Source of the DNA: Chrysemys picta bellii
Lineage: Eukaryota
Length of the DNA stretch: 64,000 nt
Assembly: GCF_011386835.1 (NCBI RefSeq)
Contig: NC_088791.1
Coordinates: 194,060,001 to 194,124,000 of the forward strand
Direction: 5' to 3'
Below the pieces are notes generated by a model that saw only the letters and a list, made by a program, of their open reading frames with translations, was not told the origin of the DNA and made no database searches. Of the stretch, positions 25,746 to 37,596 are shown in pieces (position 1 is the first letter of the stretch; the number at the start of each line of letters is the position of its first letter). A program made the translations under genes and the position numbers.

Positions 25746-26052
25746 TTCCCACCACACAGACTAGTGAGAGACTCCCGGAGCTCAATCTCTTTCGCTTAAC
25801 CAAGAGAAGGTTACGGGGTGACTCAGTCACAGTCTCTAAGTATCTACATGGGGGGCTGGGGAGGGGCTGCAGGGAGCTGAGCATCTTGCCCACCTCTGAT
25901 GCCTGCAGTCCCTTTGTGATGTCAGGACCCACCTGGTCCTGGCCCTTTATGATGCTCATTGGAACAAAGCCCCTCAGGAGAGATCCAGTGGCAGCAGCAG
26001 CCAGGAGTGCAGCATCTCCACCCCAGTGCGCGTCCAGACCGTCCTCCCCAGC

Positions 26053-26199
26053 ATGTTTGGCACGGGGATGGGGATCACGCAGAGCTGGTTCTGTGCCTGC
26101 TGGGACAGCCCCTGGGTGTTGTACACCAGCGTCCTTCTGGTCCTGGTCATCTGGGTGGCCATGGCGACCCAGCACAGCTTCTCCTGGAGAAGCAGGATG
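26053..26199 (+). CDS. SPATA31/FAM205-like gene, predicted exon 1 (N-terminal transmembrane helix)
   Basis: MFGTGMGITQSWFCACWDSPWVLYTSVLLVLVIWVAMATQHSFSWRSRM|GTAGGA phase-0 donor; SPATA31-family proteins begin with a TM exon. Confidence 0.65.
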
Positions 26200-27056
26200 G
26201 TAGGAGGCCCCCGCCCCCCCGCAACCCCCCTGCAGCCGTCCTGCGCTCTCAGCAGAGCTTGCCCGGACACAGCCCCATGGAAGGGTGGGTGGGTGGGAGC
26301 GCCCGAGGCCCCCTGTTCTGACCAGGCCCCGTTGGGCTGGCATGGCACATCCACAGAGAGAGACAGGGCCACAGACCGAGCTCGTGGCTCCATTCATGGG
26401 TTGTTCCTTACTGCCTCGACCACCAGCTAGTGCTAGAAATGCCAGGGCTCTCCCTCGTGGTTCCCTGGCACCCCGGCACTGAGCCGCCTCTGGCCAGTTA
26501 TTTCCCTACGATCGGGGAAGCTGACCAACAAACCCTCCCAGCTCCCTCCCAAAGCCACAAGCTTTCCTGGGTCCCTGGGGGAAAGGGGGAAGTCGGGACA
26601 GATCTTTGGACAGCCGTTGGGTGTGGTCAGTTGGGGATCCTGCCTTGGGCAGGCAGAGTCCTGCCTCTATCCCAGATCAGCTGGGGAACTGGGCTCGCAG
26701 GTGGGAACCAGGGGAGACGGGGAGAGAAGAGGAAGCCAGAGCACATTGGGAAGCCCAAGGGCCTGGTCCCCATTCGACTCGGGGGCAGAAATCACCCCCC
26801 CGCAAGGGTCAGACCCAGGGCCCACGGTGTGGAGATGCCCCAATGTCGCGGGGGGGAGGAGGGAATCTAGGATTGTTCCAATTACACTCGGGTGGGGAGC
26901 CCGGGGCGTGGCCGAAGGAGCCTGGAGTTCTCCAGCTGCAGGAGGTGGAGGAAAGCGTGGGCACCCTTGGCACCAAGCTGGGCTGGGCGGGAGGCTGGCA
27001 CTGCACGGCCTCAGTCTGGGTACCACATAACTCTGCCACTTCCTTGGCTCCCGCAG

Positions 27057-27108
27057 GCTCTCCTGGTCAGCAGGCTCTGGCGGAGGGGGACGGAGGACAA
27101 GGGAGAAG
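27057..27108 (+). CDS. SPATA31/FAM205-like gene, predicted exon 2 (52 nt)
   Basis: Acceptor CTTCCTTGGCTCCCGCAG and donor AAG|GTAAGG. Phase 0 in and phase 1 out, matching both neighbouring exons exactly. Encodes ALLVSRLWRRGTEDKGE(G). Confidence 0.7.
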
Positions 27109-27654
27109 GTAAGGCTCTGCCTCGCGCTCCCTGCCGGTTCCCGGGCTCAGAATCCCAGGGTCTCTCCCAAGCGCTCCACGCTAGCTCAGGGGTCCCACAC
27201 GAGGCCCCCCAGGCTTGGCCTGCCCCAGGGGATGAGAGTGGGAGCCAAGGTGCTGAGTGGTGCTGGGATAAGCTGACATGGTGCTAATGACCCGTCGTCT
27301 GGAGGCAAACCCTGATTGTCTGTTCCCCCTGGCTGGTTGTCCCCATGTCCTTCAGGGCTCCCTGCCCTTCCCAGGAGCCTCCGGAACAGGGCAGCTTTGC
27401 CAGCAGGAGGCACTGCCCCCTGCCCAGCAGATCTTGTCTCTTTATTTCACCCCGTCTGCTCTGTCTTGGATAGGGGTGTGCATCGTACCAGGGCTTGCAA
27501 GACCAAGGCTGCTAGGTGCTGCCAGCCCCGGCATTTGCCAGAGAGTTTACCTGGGACCCCGCCCACTGGCGAGATCCATTTCTGCAGGATGGGGCACCGG
27601 CTGGGTTATTTGCAATAGGACGATCCGCTGTCTGGGTTTCTGATACTGGGACAG

Positions 27655-27744
27655 TGCCCTGGCCAGGTTCACAGCCCTGGCACGATGCCCTGGCCGGGTT
27701 CACAGCCCTGGCACGATGCCCTGGCTGGGTTCACAGCACTGGCA
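27655..27744 (+). repeat. 31-bp minisatellite x~3 (TGCCCTGGCCAGGTTCACAGCCCTGGCACGA) in predicted intron 2
   Basis: Head-to-tail copies with no spacers. Confidence 0.9.
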
Positions 27745-28257
27745 GTGTTTGAGAGGGGCCTGGCGTGGTGCCGGCGGAGTGTTTCATCGGCCCCGTGCGC
27801 TCACAAGCTCAGCATACCAGGCCTGGGGCCAGGGCACTGGAACGAGGGGGCCGGGGGGCCAAGCCCTCTGATTTTTGACTGGCTGTAAGGGCGAGGAACA
27901 GAAGGCAGAGGGTGCCGAGAAGAAAGGGCAAGCACGGGGCAGGGTCTTGGAGGGAAGCAGTGGCGGAGGAGTGGGGCTTGGGGTGAAGTGGCGGTGTGGG
28001 GCAGGGCCTTGTGGGGAATGGGTCACAGGAGGGCAGGGGCGCCTGGAGAAGGAGTGGCACAGGGGTAGGGCCTCAGGGTTAGGAGCAAGGTGGGAGCGGG
28101 GATTCGGGGTTGGGGCAGTATGAGTGGGCGGGGTCACGGTTCGGGAGCCCTTGGCCCCCGCTACGTTCAGGGAGCTTCCGTGGCTCCTGGCCTGGGGCAC
28201 GCAGCAGCTCCACGTTCCCGTCTCTCCTCAGAAGCCCTCTCTGCTGTTCTGTTTTAG

Positions 28258-31200
28258 GTGCAAAGAAGCAGCGGGTGACGCAGCTGCGTGACCAGCTGTG
28301 CCGGGAACCCCCCAGCTGTGCTCGCCGAGCCGCCAGGCGCCGCTCCATCCGCCAGCTGCTGTGTGACGACGCAGACTGCGCCGTGTGCAACAAGGCAGCC
28401 CGGAAAGCTGAGCGGCTGGCGTACACCAACAGGGCCGGCGCGTGGGTCCCTGCCGTGACAGGGTCACCTCCCGCTCCCACCTCCTTGTCCGGCCACTACA
28501 CACCATCCCGCATCAGCTGGGAGCCGGAGCAGAACATTGCACGGAGCCAGCAGGAGCAGTTCCTGCACAGCTGGGGGCTAGCTCAGACCACAGGCCACAA
28601 AGCCCCCCTGGCCCGTCACCGGCTCTGCCCTCTGCTCAGCTGCAAGGCGGGCAGCGTGGAGCTCGACGTGAGGCACAAACACATCCAGTACTTCAGGGCT
28701 CTCCCCACCCTGTACGCGGAGTCCCTGGCCAAGATGGAGCCCGGCCCGCCCGTGCCACACGCCCCCCTGCTGCCCCACGGCACGGCCATCGAGTTCTGCC
28801 CCCTGGAGACTCCCTTCGTAGCCCCTGAGGGCCGGGAGCTGCTGGAGAGGCATGTCCTGAGGAAGCGGCTGCAGCACGAATGGGGCCTGCCGGGCCTGGT
28901 GCGGCGATCGCTGAGGTGTTTCATGCCACCCCCGCCCACACGCCCCAGGCCCAAGGGGAGAGTCCGGCTGGCAGCCATGGAGCTCCGTGTCAGCAGCGGG
29001 GCCCCTCCCATCCCTCTGGCCACCAAGAGGGATCTGGAAGCCCACATCTGGCGGAGGGTGGCTGAGAGGAGGTGGGGGCTCCCCAGGAGGGTGCGGGAGT
29101 CCCTGCGGGGCTTCATGCCCCCCACGACCGCAGCTCCGGGGACACATCCAGACACGCGAGGCAGAAGGGCCAGCCGACCTCTCAGGGGGCTGTCAGCGAG
29201 AAGGGCTCCAAGGGAATCACCCTCCAGGGGGGCACCCGTGGGCCCCGCAGCGGTGGCTGTCTCCTTAGCCGGGCCCCTGGGAACCGCGTGGAGCCAGCAG
29301 CTCAGCCGGGACACGTGCCACCAGCTGCTGGAGAGACATGTGACCAGGAAAAACATAGAGATCCGCCTGGGCCTGATCCCCCGCAGGGCCCAACACTCGC
29401 AGGAAGCCGCCCGCCAGGCGGGAAAGCTCCCCTTGCCCCGGCTGATTCGGCCGGACCAGAGATCCCTGGAGCAACGGCCCCGGGAGCTGTTCTTCCTGGA
29501 GCAGGCGACGTCGGATCACCTGGAGCTCAACCTTCTCCACAAGCACCTGAGCTTCAGGTGGGGGCTGCCCACGCTCTACCGACAGTCCCTGGCCAAGCTG
29601 TTCCACGCAGGCCCCTCGTCCGCCCCGCCGCCCTCCAGCTCCCGTGCAGCTGGGACCGAGTTCACGGCGCAGGAGCTGCCCTTCCTCCCACCGGGAGCCC
29701 GGGAGGAGCTGGAGCTGCACGTCAGGACGAAGAGGCTGCAGCATGAGTGGGGGCTGCCTCTCATCGTCCAGAAATCCATGCGGGGCCTGATGGCGGCTCC
29801 CCCCCGCCCCGGCCAGCCCAAGGCCCCTCCGCCGGCCGACGGGGACGTGGCCGTTCTCCAGGCCGAGCTGTCCTTCCTCAGCGAGGGCAGCAGACGAGAG
29901 CTGGAGCTCAGCCTCCGCAAGAGACTCATGCAGCGGCGCTGGGGGCTGCCCAGGAGGATCCAGGAGTCGGTGCGGCTGCTCCGACCTACCTCAGCCCCCG
30001 CGGAGTTCGGGCCTTGCAGCCGTACAGAAAAGGATGCAGAGGGGCATTTCCTGCTGCCCTGGCACAAGAGCACCGTGCACCTAGAGCGGGGCGTGGGGAA
30101 AGCCAGGAGAGTGGTCGCTGCTCCCCGCCCGCGGCTCAGCCTGGGACGTGACGCTCAGGAGCGGCTGCAGCTCCACGTGGCAAAGAAATGTGTGGAGACC
30201 CGGCTGGGGGCCATCCCCGCTGCAGTGAGACGCTCCTGGCAAAGGCTGCATCTTGTGTCCCGGCTGCCCCTCCCCAAGCTGATCCCTGCTGGGGACAGGG
30301 CCCCGAAAGCCAGGAACCCCCTGCTGCCCTTCGTGCACCCGGAGGACGTCTGCCACCTAGAGCTGAATGTGCAGCACAAACATCTCACGGCCCTGTGGGG
30401 CCTGGGCACTCTCTACACCCAGTCCCTCAGCAGGATGGTTCCCAGGGCGCCCCGTGTGCTGATTCCACCCCGTGAGGCTGAAGTCGAGTTCCGGGCGCGG
30501 GAGGCTCTGTTCCTGGGCCCGGAGGTCAGAGAGGTCCTAGAGCTGCACGTCAGGAAGAAGAGGCTGCAGCACGAGTGGGGGCTGCCTCTCATCCTCCAGA
30601 AATCCATGCGGGGCCTGATGGCGGCTCCCCCCCGCCCCGGCCAGCCCAAGGCCCCTCCGCCGGCCGACGGGGACGTGGCCGTTACCCAGGCCGAGCTGTC
30701 CTTCCTCAGCGAGGGCAGCAGACGAGAGCTGGAGTTCAGCCTCCGCAAGAGACTCATGCAGCGGCGCTGGGGGCTGCCCAGGAGGATCCAGGAGTCGGTG
30801 CGGCTGCTCCGACCTACCTCAGTGCACACGGAGCTTGAGCCCCACGGCCCCGCGGAAAAGGATGCAGAGGGGCCTTTCCTCTTGCCCTGGCACAAGAGCA
30901 CCGTGCACCTGGAGCGGGGCGTGGGGAAAGCCAGGAGAGTGGTCGCTGCTCCCCGCCCGCGGCTCAGCCTGGGACGTGATGCTCAGGAGCGGCTGCAGCT
31001 CCACGTGGCAAAGAAATGTGTGGAGACCCGGCTGGGGGCCATCCCCGCTGCAGTGAGACGCTCCTGGCAAAGGCTGCATCTTGTGTCCCGGCTGCCCCTC
31101 CCCGAGCTGATCCCTGCTGGGGACAGGGCCCTGAAAGCCAGGAACCCCCTGCTTCCCTTCGTGCACCCGGAGGACATCTGCCACCTAGAGCTGAATGTGC

Positions 31201-34200
31201 AGCACAAACATCTCACGGCCCTGTGGGGCCTGGGCACTCTCTACACCCAGTCCCTCAGCAGGATGGTTCCCAGGGCGCCCCGTGTGCCGGTTCCACCCCG
31301 TGAGGCTGAAGTCGAGTTCCGGGCGCGGGAGGCTCTGTTCCTGGGCCCGGAGGTCAGAGGGGTCCTAGAGCTGCACGTCAGGAAGAAGAGGCTGCAGCAC
31401 GAGTGGGGGCTGCCTCTCATCGTCCAGAAATCCATGCGGGGCCTGATGGCGGCTCCCCCCCACCCCGGCCAGCCCAAGGCCCCTCCGCCGGCCGACGGGG
31501 ACGTGGCCGTTACCCAGGCCGAGCTGTCCTTCCTCAGCGAGGGCAGCAGACGAGAGCTGGAGCTCAGCCTCCGCAAGAGACTCATGCAGCGGCGCTGGGG
31601 GCTGCCCAGGAGGATCCAGGAGTCGGTGCGGCTGCTCCGACCTACCTCAGTGCACACGGAGCTTGAGCCCCACGGCCCCGCGGAAAAGGATGCAGAGGGG
31701 CCTTTCCTCTTGCCCTGGCACAAGAGCACCGTGCACCTGGAGCGGGGCGTGGGGAAAGCCAGGAGAGTGGTCGCTGCTCCCCGCCCGCGGCTCAGCCTGG
31801 GACGTGATGCTCAGGAGCGGCTGCAGCTCCACGTGGCAAAGAAATGTGTGGAGACCCGGCTGGGGGCCATCCCCGCTGCAGTGAGACGCTCCTGGCAAAG
31901 GCTGCATCTTGTGTCCCGGCTGCCCCTCCCCAAGCTGATCCCTGCTCGGGACAGGGCCCTGAAAGCCAGGAACCCCCTGCTTCCCTTCGTGCACCCGGAG
32001 GACATCTGCCACCTAGAGCTGAATGTGCAGCACAAACATCTCACGGCCCTGTGGGGCCTGGGCACTATCTACACCCAGTCCCTCAGCAGGATGGTTCCCA
32101 GGGCGCCCCGTGCGCCGGTTCCACCCCGTGAGGCTGAAGTCGAGTACCGGGCGCGGGAGGCTCTGTTCCTGGGCCCGGAGGCCAGAGAGGTCCTGGAGCT
32201 GCACGTCAGGAAGAAAAGGCTGCAGCACGAATGGGGCTTCCCCGCACTCATCCAACGGTCGCTCAGAGCCTTTATGCCGGAGCCCCCACTGCCGGGGCCG
32301 ACCGCAGCCCGCCAGCGCGCCGAGCTGCACATCCTCGTCCTGGGGCAGCAGCCTTCGCTCATGGACGGGGACACCAGAGACCGCCTGGAGCGCCACCTCC
32401 GGAAGATGACGCTGCAGCGGAGGTGGGGGCTTCCCCGGAGGATCCAGGAGTCCTTGCGGCTGTTTTCTGCTTTTGCCCCGCTGGCTGGCGCGCAGCTTCC
32501 TGGGGCCGGTGGGGAACGGGGCATCGGGCAGAGCCGGCTCAGGCCCAGCCAGTCAGACGTCCCCACAGGGAGCCGCTTGGCAGGAGACAGCAGAACCCAT
32601 GGCCTTGCTGCTGAGCGGAGGGACGAGCTCCAGCGGCACCTCGCAAGGAAGTGCCTAGAGATCAGGCTGGGGGTGAGGCCGGCCCTGGTGGAGAAATCCC
32701 AGAGAGTGGCCACGGAGGCAGTGCCCCAACATGTCATGGGGAGCAGCAGCAGGAGAAGCCAGGAGACCTCCCAGACGAGTGATGGGGAAGGGTCCCCTGG
32801 CTCCCCACACCACTTCCCAGAGGACAAGGCAGAACTGAAATCCACCCTGGACTTTCCCGGGAAGAAGGTGCTGGGAATTTCCGACCGGGCCCAGGGGTTC
32901 CAGAGACTGGCCTTTCGCCCGGCAGCCCACGAGCCTCACCCACAGCAGAGAGAGCAGAGCTCTGAGGAAAGTCCCGGGCAGTGGAGCACCCACGATGGTG
33001 AAGGAGCTCCACGGCTGGTGGGGACTGGCAGGCGCTCCCGGAGCTCGTCTGTGGAGACAGCCGTTTGGAGTGAGAAGAGGATCTCACGGGAGCTGGAATC
33101 CAGCTTCAGGAGAATGGTCCGGAGCCGCAGCCGCCATGGCCCAGGGGGGAAGCAGCCTCTGTCTCTGGAAATCGTGGGCCACCTGGAAATGGACCATTGC
33201 ACATGCTTGCACTGCCCGTGCAGCAAGCTAGAGGGGTGGGACGGCGCCCGCTCTCTGGGAACCAGCTCTCCGGTGTGGCAGACACAGCGTATCCATGTAA
33301 GGGGGTCAGCAACTCTCCTAGGAGACGCGGCAGATTCAAACCCTCTGCATGCTGAGCCTGGATGGCAGGGGCAGGGCGCTCCCAGCGTGGCCAAAGATGA
33401 ACCACCTGTCTCCTCTCCGTCGTCTCTGGAGGGCAGCGAGTTCAGGGCCTCCGACTGGTCTGCTGGAGAAAGCGCTCGCGCAGCCTCTCGCCCAGCGCCC
33501 AAGGGGCCCTCGCTGGCACGGGAGCATCTTGCTTCTCCGTGGGCCGCGGCACACCGGCTGGACATCCACCTGGCGCAGAAGGCCCTGGGCTCCTTCATCC
33601 TGCCGCCCTGCGTCATACACTCCCAGGCCGTCTATGCCGACATGGCAGCTGAGCGGCTGAGAGCCGCTGCCCAGGAACGCCGGCGGAAAATGAACATCCG
33701 GCTGCAGCGCAGGAGGAGCCGGAAAAGCCAGCTGGGAGGGCCCCGTCAGGAAGCCCTGGGAGAAAGAGCCCGCCCCGCGGGCACAGGAGAGCCGGGATTC
33801 CTGACAGCTGGAACAAATGTGAGGCAGACAGAGGCCCTGGTGCTGACTGAGGCACCGCCCAGGGCTGAACAGCCACCCCGTGCTCCTCCAGGGAGAGGGG
33901 CCAAGTCATCATCCGTCCCCTGCAAGGGGAAGGGCCCCACCTTCAGGGGAATCATACTGGGCTTCCTTGAACGTGTCACTTCCAGGGCATCAGTGGGAGA
34001 GAGAGGACAGGTCGACAGGTCGGTGGCTGCACCGCGCGGCGCCCCGCCACCCCCTCGGAAACTCACCCCGTCCCCCAAGAGCGTGAAGCTGTCCCCGTCA
34101 CTCAACAGAGGAAATGCCACCGAGGACACATCCGGGACAGTTGGAGCGTCTAACCTGGAGCGCCGTGGACACCGGGCCGGGGTGGAAACTGAGCTTCCGC

Positions 34201-34436
34201 AGCCAGGGTCACGTCCTGGCAAGAGCGCAGGCCACGTGTGCTGGTTCCATCAGCGTCATGCTCATGCCCACCTTCGCCAGGTACATGGCAGAACGCCAGC
34301 GCTGCACGGAGAGAACCTGTGTGCCCTGCGGGAGAGGATGCAGGTCCGGCGGAGGAAGCTGTCCCCGTCCCTCAACAGCCTCCGAAGAGGAGAGCCACCT
34401 CCGGGCCTTGGACGAGAGTTAGGATTGGTTCGCTAA
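28258..34436 (+). CDS. SPATA31/FAM205 (FAM75)-like protein, large terminal exon; total predicted protein ~2125 aa
   Basis: Open frame of ~6.2 kb. Acceptor CTGCTGTTCTGTTTTAG in phase 1. N-terminal LLCDDADCAVCNKAA motif and repeated LE.H..K..Q.RWGLP...S motifs typical of SPATA31/FAM205. AATAAA overlaps the stop codon. Confidence 0.85.
29712..32195 (+). repeat. Three coding tandem units of 828 bp (276 aa)
   Basis: GAGCTGCACGTCAGG at 29712, 30540, 31368 and 32196 (period 828); shadow ORFs in the track recur at the same offset. Confidence 0.98.
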
Positions 34437-34519
34437 TAAACCTCTATTTGTGTGCAATCCACAGGAGTGATCTGGGGCCCGACACAGCAGTAGGGGGGAA
34501 GGCAGGGTCTAGTGGCTGG

Positions 34520-35310
34520 CACTACTGTTGCCAGGTGTCCAGTTTTCGACAGGGACACTGGTGGCTCCGGTCCGCACCATTGACCAGGCCGTTAAAAGTC
34601 CACTTGGCGGCGCAGCGGGGCTAAGGCAGGTTCCCTGCCTGCCGTGGCTTCGTACGGCGCCCAGAAGTAGTGGTATGTCTCCCTTCCAGTTCCTACGCAT
34701 AGGGGCAGCCAGGAGGCTCCGCACGATGCCCCCACCCCCAGCGCCAGCTTCACAGCTCCCATTGGCCGCGGTTCCTGGCCAATAGGAGCTGCGGGGCAGT
34801 GTCTGCGGACAGGGCAGCGTGCAGAGCCCTCTGTCCGTGCCTCTGCGTAGGAGGCGGAGAGGGAACATGCCACTGCTTTCGGGAGCTGTCTGAGGTAAGT
34901 ACCGCCTAGATCCTGCACCCCGACCCCCTCCTGCGCCCCAACCCCTGCCCCAGCCCTGACCCCCTCCCACCCCCCAAGCCCCTCAGCCCCAACCTGGAGT
35001 CCCGTCCTGCACCACAATCCCCTCAAGCCCAGCCTCACCCCAGAGCCTGCACCCCCAGCTGAAGTACTCACCCCCTGCACGCCAACCCACTGCCTCACCC
35101 TGAACTCCTCATTTCTGGACCCACCCCAGAGCTGGCACTCCCTACCAGAGCCCTCACCCCCTCCTGCACACCAACCTCCAGAGCCAGCCCAGTGAAAATG
35201 AGTGAGTGAGTGAGGGTGGGGAGAGTGAACGACGACGGAGGGAGGGGGGATGGAGTGAGAGGGAGTGGGGCCTCCAAGAAGGGGCGGGGCGGGGCGGGGC
35301 AGGGCGGGGC
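34520..35310. mobile_element. GC-rich hAT-type MITE
   Basis: GTTGCCAGGTGTCCAGTTTT terminal motif and GC-rich internal repeats typical of turtle non-autonomous hATs. Confidence 0.55.
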
Positions 35311-35316
35311 AGGGCA

Positions 35317-35480
35317 AGGGCTCAGTGGCCTGAGCATTGGTTTGCTAAACTCAGCGTTATGAGTTCAATCCTTGTGGGGGCCTTTTGGGGATTTAGTTGG
35401 GAATTGGTCCTGCTTTGAGCAGGGGGTTGGACTAAATGACCTCCTGAGGTCCCTTCCAACCCTGATATTCTATGATTCTA
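35317..35480 (+). mobile_element. Tortoise Pol III/SINE
   Basis: GCTCAGTGG..GAGTTCAATCC..GGTCCTGCTTTGAGCAGGGGGTTGGAC..GATATTCTATGATTCTA. Confidence 0.85.
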
Positions 35481-35692
35481 AGACTTGTTTGCTTACATCA
35501 CAAGCCCTGAGCAAACATCTCCCCTTCTACCTCTAACAATGCAGACTTGCATTTCAAAGCTCTATTCATTTACATATTTTCCTGACCAGTCTCTAAAGTT
35601 CAGCCATGGGTCAGGTCAGTCTGTGAGTTAATTAACTCTTTCTGGCCCTGTCATCTTTCAATGAGATATTATATTATACTCATAACGTCACA
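35481..35692 (-). mobile_element. Fragment of a Gypsy-type LTR related to the ...ATAACGTCACA-ending family
   Basis: Ends in CATAACGTCACA, like the LTR termini at 40976, 46371, 51627 and 62684. Confidence 0.5.
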
Positions 35693-36592
35693 GAGGGCCA
35701 TCCCTTCCCCCTCCCACGTCCCCGGTTCTTGTCACGCACACAGCAAGCAGTATAGGACCAGAAGTCCGAAGCGCAGACAGTCCGATGTTTATTGGGGTTA
35801 GTTTCCAAACAAGGATATTTCGAAGCCCTTCACACCAGTGGGGCTTATCTCTGTACGCCAATAGAGTCTGTTCCCCAGTGTTCCCTTCCCAGCTCCGACC
35901 CCCTTAGCAAACCTGATTACAATTTCCCTTCCCCCCACTTCCTATTTGACTCTAGTTTATATAGTAATGTTCTCAGCTATACCTTAACCAATCATTTTAC
36001 TGAAATTTAACTAGCCAATCCTAACATACTGTAACATAATTCTCTAACCAATTATATCCCACTACCCTAATTAACTTACACCTAGCAAACTTAATGATAC
36101 AGCAGACAGAAACAATTAGAGCACCAGGCAGATTAACAATAGAAAAGTGGGGGCCATAAAGATAAAACAATACAGGAATGAGGGCTTCACAACCACACTC
36201 ATTGAGAAGTGCTTTCTTGCCAGCCAGGATGCTATTGAACTAAGTTTTCTGGAACCATCTTAAGAGCGGTTTCTTTCTCTGGGGGTGATGGGCACTATCA
36301 GGACCGGATCATCTTCCTAAGAGCCCCAGAGCAGCTTATCTCAGTGTGATGGGTTTGGGAGGTGAGGATGTGACCGTTCGCTTCCCAGGTTATGGCCGCC
36401 CCACTGCTTAGCCGAAGGCCTTAGCCTAAGAACGAGGCCTAAGAGTGTCCTAGTGAGCGAAGGCCCAGACATAGGCGGACTGTGATTTTGATTCTTTGTT
36501 TTATACCCCTGTAACTAGCTAAGTGATAAAAATACACCTCAGTTCTTAAAGTCTAGGCCTTTGCAGGCAGCCTGAATATCTATATTCTAACC
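35693..36592 (-). mobile_element. ERV-like solo LTR
   Basis: Left part resembles the 56492 LTR (AGAGGGC..CCC..GGTTCTTGTCAC..GACCAGAAGTCC); the reverse complement begins ...GTTAGAATATAGATATTCAGG; TTTATT (AATAAA on the minus strand) at ~35788. Confidence 0.65.
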
Positions 36593-37596
36593 ACCCCCCC
36601 TGCCTGAGGGGGCAGGGATTGGAGTAGGGGTCTCCCACGCGCATGCCTACCAGCCACCAAGCTGTGGGATGTTGTGATGTGCGTGTGACTCCCTCAGGCT
36701 CTCCTATGGAAGCTGACCCACTGGGGATAAACAACGAGAGCCGAGGGCTGGTCCTGGGGTCTCCCCTGTCCCGGTCTGTAGAGCCATTCTCATGCTCTCT
36801 CTGGCCCAGGGGCGAGGTCAGTGTCTAACCAGAGGGGAACAGCTTCAGCAGGAGAATTGGCCAAGTTCCCCCTCTCAGCTCAGCTGGAGCAGCTCCCCTG
36901 GGATTGGGGTGGGGAACCTGCCCCACATGAGTCCATCGGGGCTCAGGAGGTGTCGGATGAGAGGGCGGAGGTGGGGTATCGGCAGTCCAAGTGCCAGCGG
37001 CAGCATGGCTCCGAACTTCGCTCAGGAGCAGCTCTGGGCTCTCCCTGGTCCCCAGACAGACGCTTCCTGGTTGGGGACAGACTCACACCTGCCTTTCGTG
37101 CGGCCATCGAATTTCTCTTCTGCACAAAACGCTTTGGAGAACCCCCCTCGCCTGGGCCTCTGGCAAAGCTGCTGCCCAAGAACTGTGCGTCCACTCACCG
37201 TGGGAGATGCCCTTCCAAAGTCACCCAAGTCAGGGGCCAGCTTGCTCCAGCTCTCAGGCATGTCCAGCCTCCTGCCCCCTCCCCGCTGGTTTTGGCCTCT
37301 GGACCCTTCCGTGCCATTTCACTGGAGCTGGGCTGCGCTAGCCACATGCACAAAGGACAAACCTTGGTAGAAAGCACATCTCACAGCAGGACCAGGAGGA
37401 GTAGCCCCATCCTGGCTTAGGAGATGGGGGGCGAGGGGGGTTGCATATCACACACCCGGTGCCCCAGGTTTTGCAGCTCTCTCCCACCGCAAATACCTGA
37501 TCAAGGAGAGAAGTGGTAGCACCTGCTCCTGGAATCCACTGCAGTTCAGCAGAAGCGCCAGTAGGTGGTGCTGTGTGACACAACCTTACCTGCGCT

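Noticed and set aside
27655-27744. 31-bp repeats resembling a CRISPR array
   Set aside because: The copies are head-to-tail with no spacers and lie in a vertebrate intron; this is a minisatellite.
28110-28257. ORF-track start of the 2108-aa ORF
   Set aside because: It is a non-ATG start upstream of a strong phase-matched splice acceptor at 28256-28257, so it is treated as intron.
28400-34300. Many 100-260-aa antisense and alternative-frame ORFs
   Set aside because: These are expected in GC-rich coding DNA, and they repeat with the 828-bp period.
36821-37420. 199-aa and 192-aa overlapping ORFs
   Set aside because: I recognise no domain and see no clear splice or poly(A) support. They may be chance ORFs in GC-rich DNA; a profile search would settle it.
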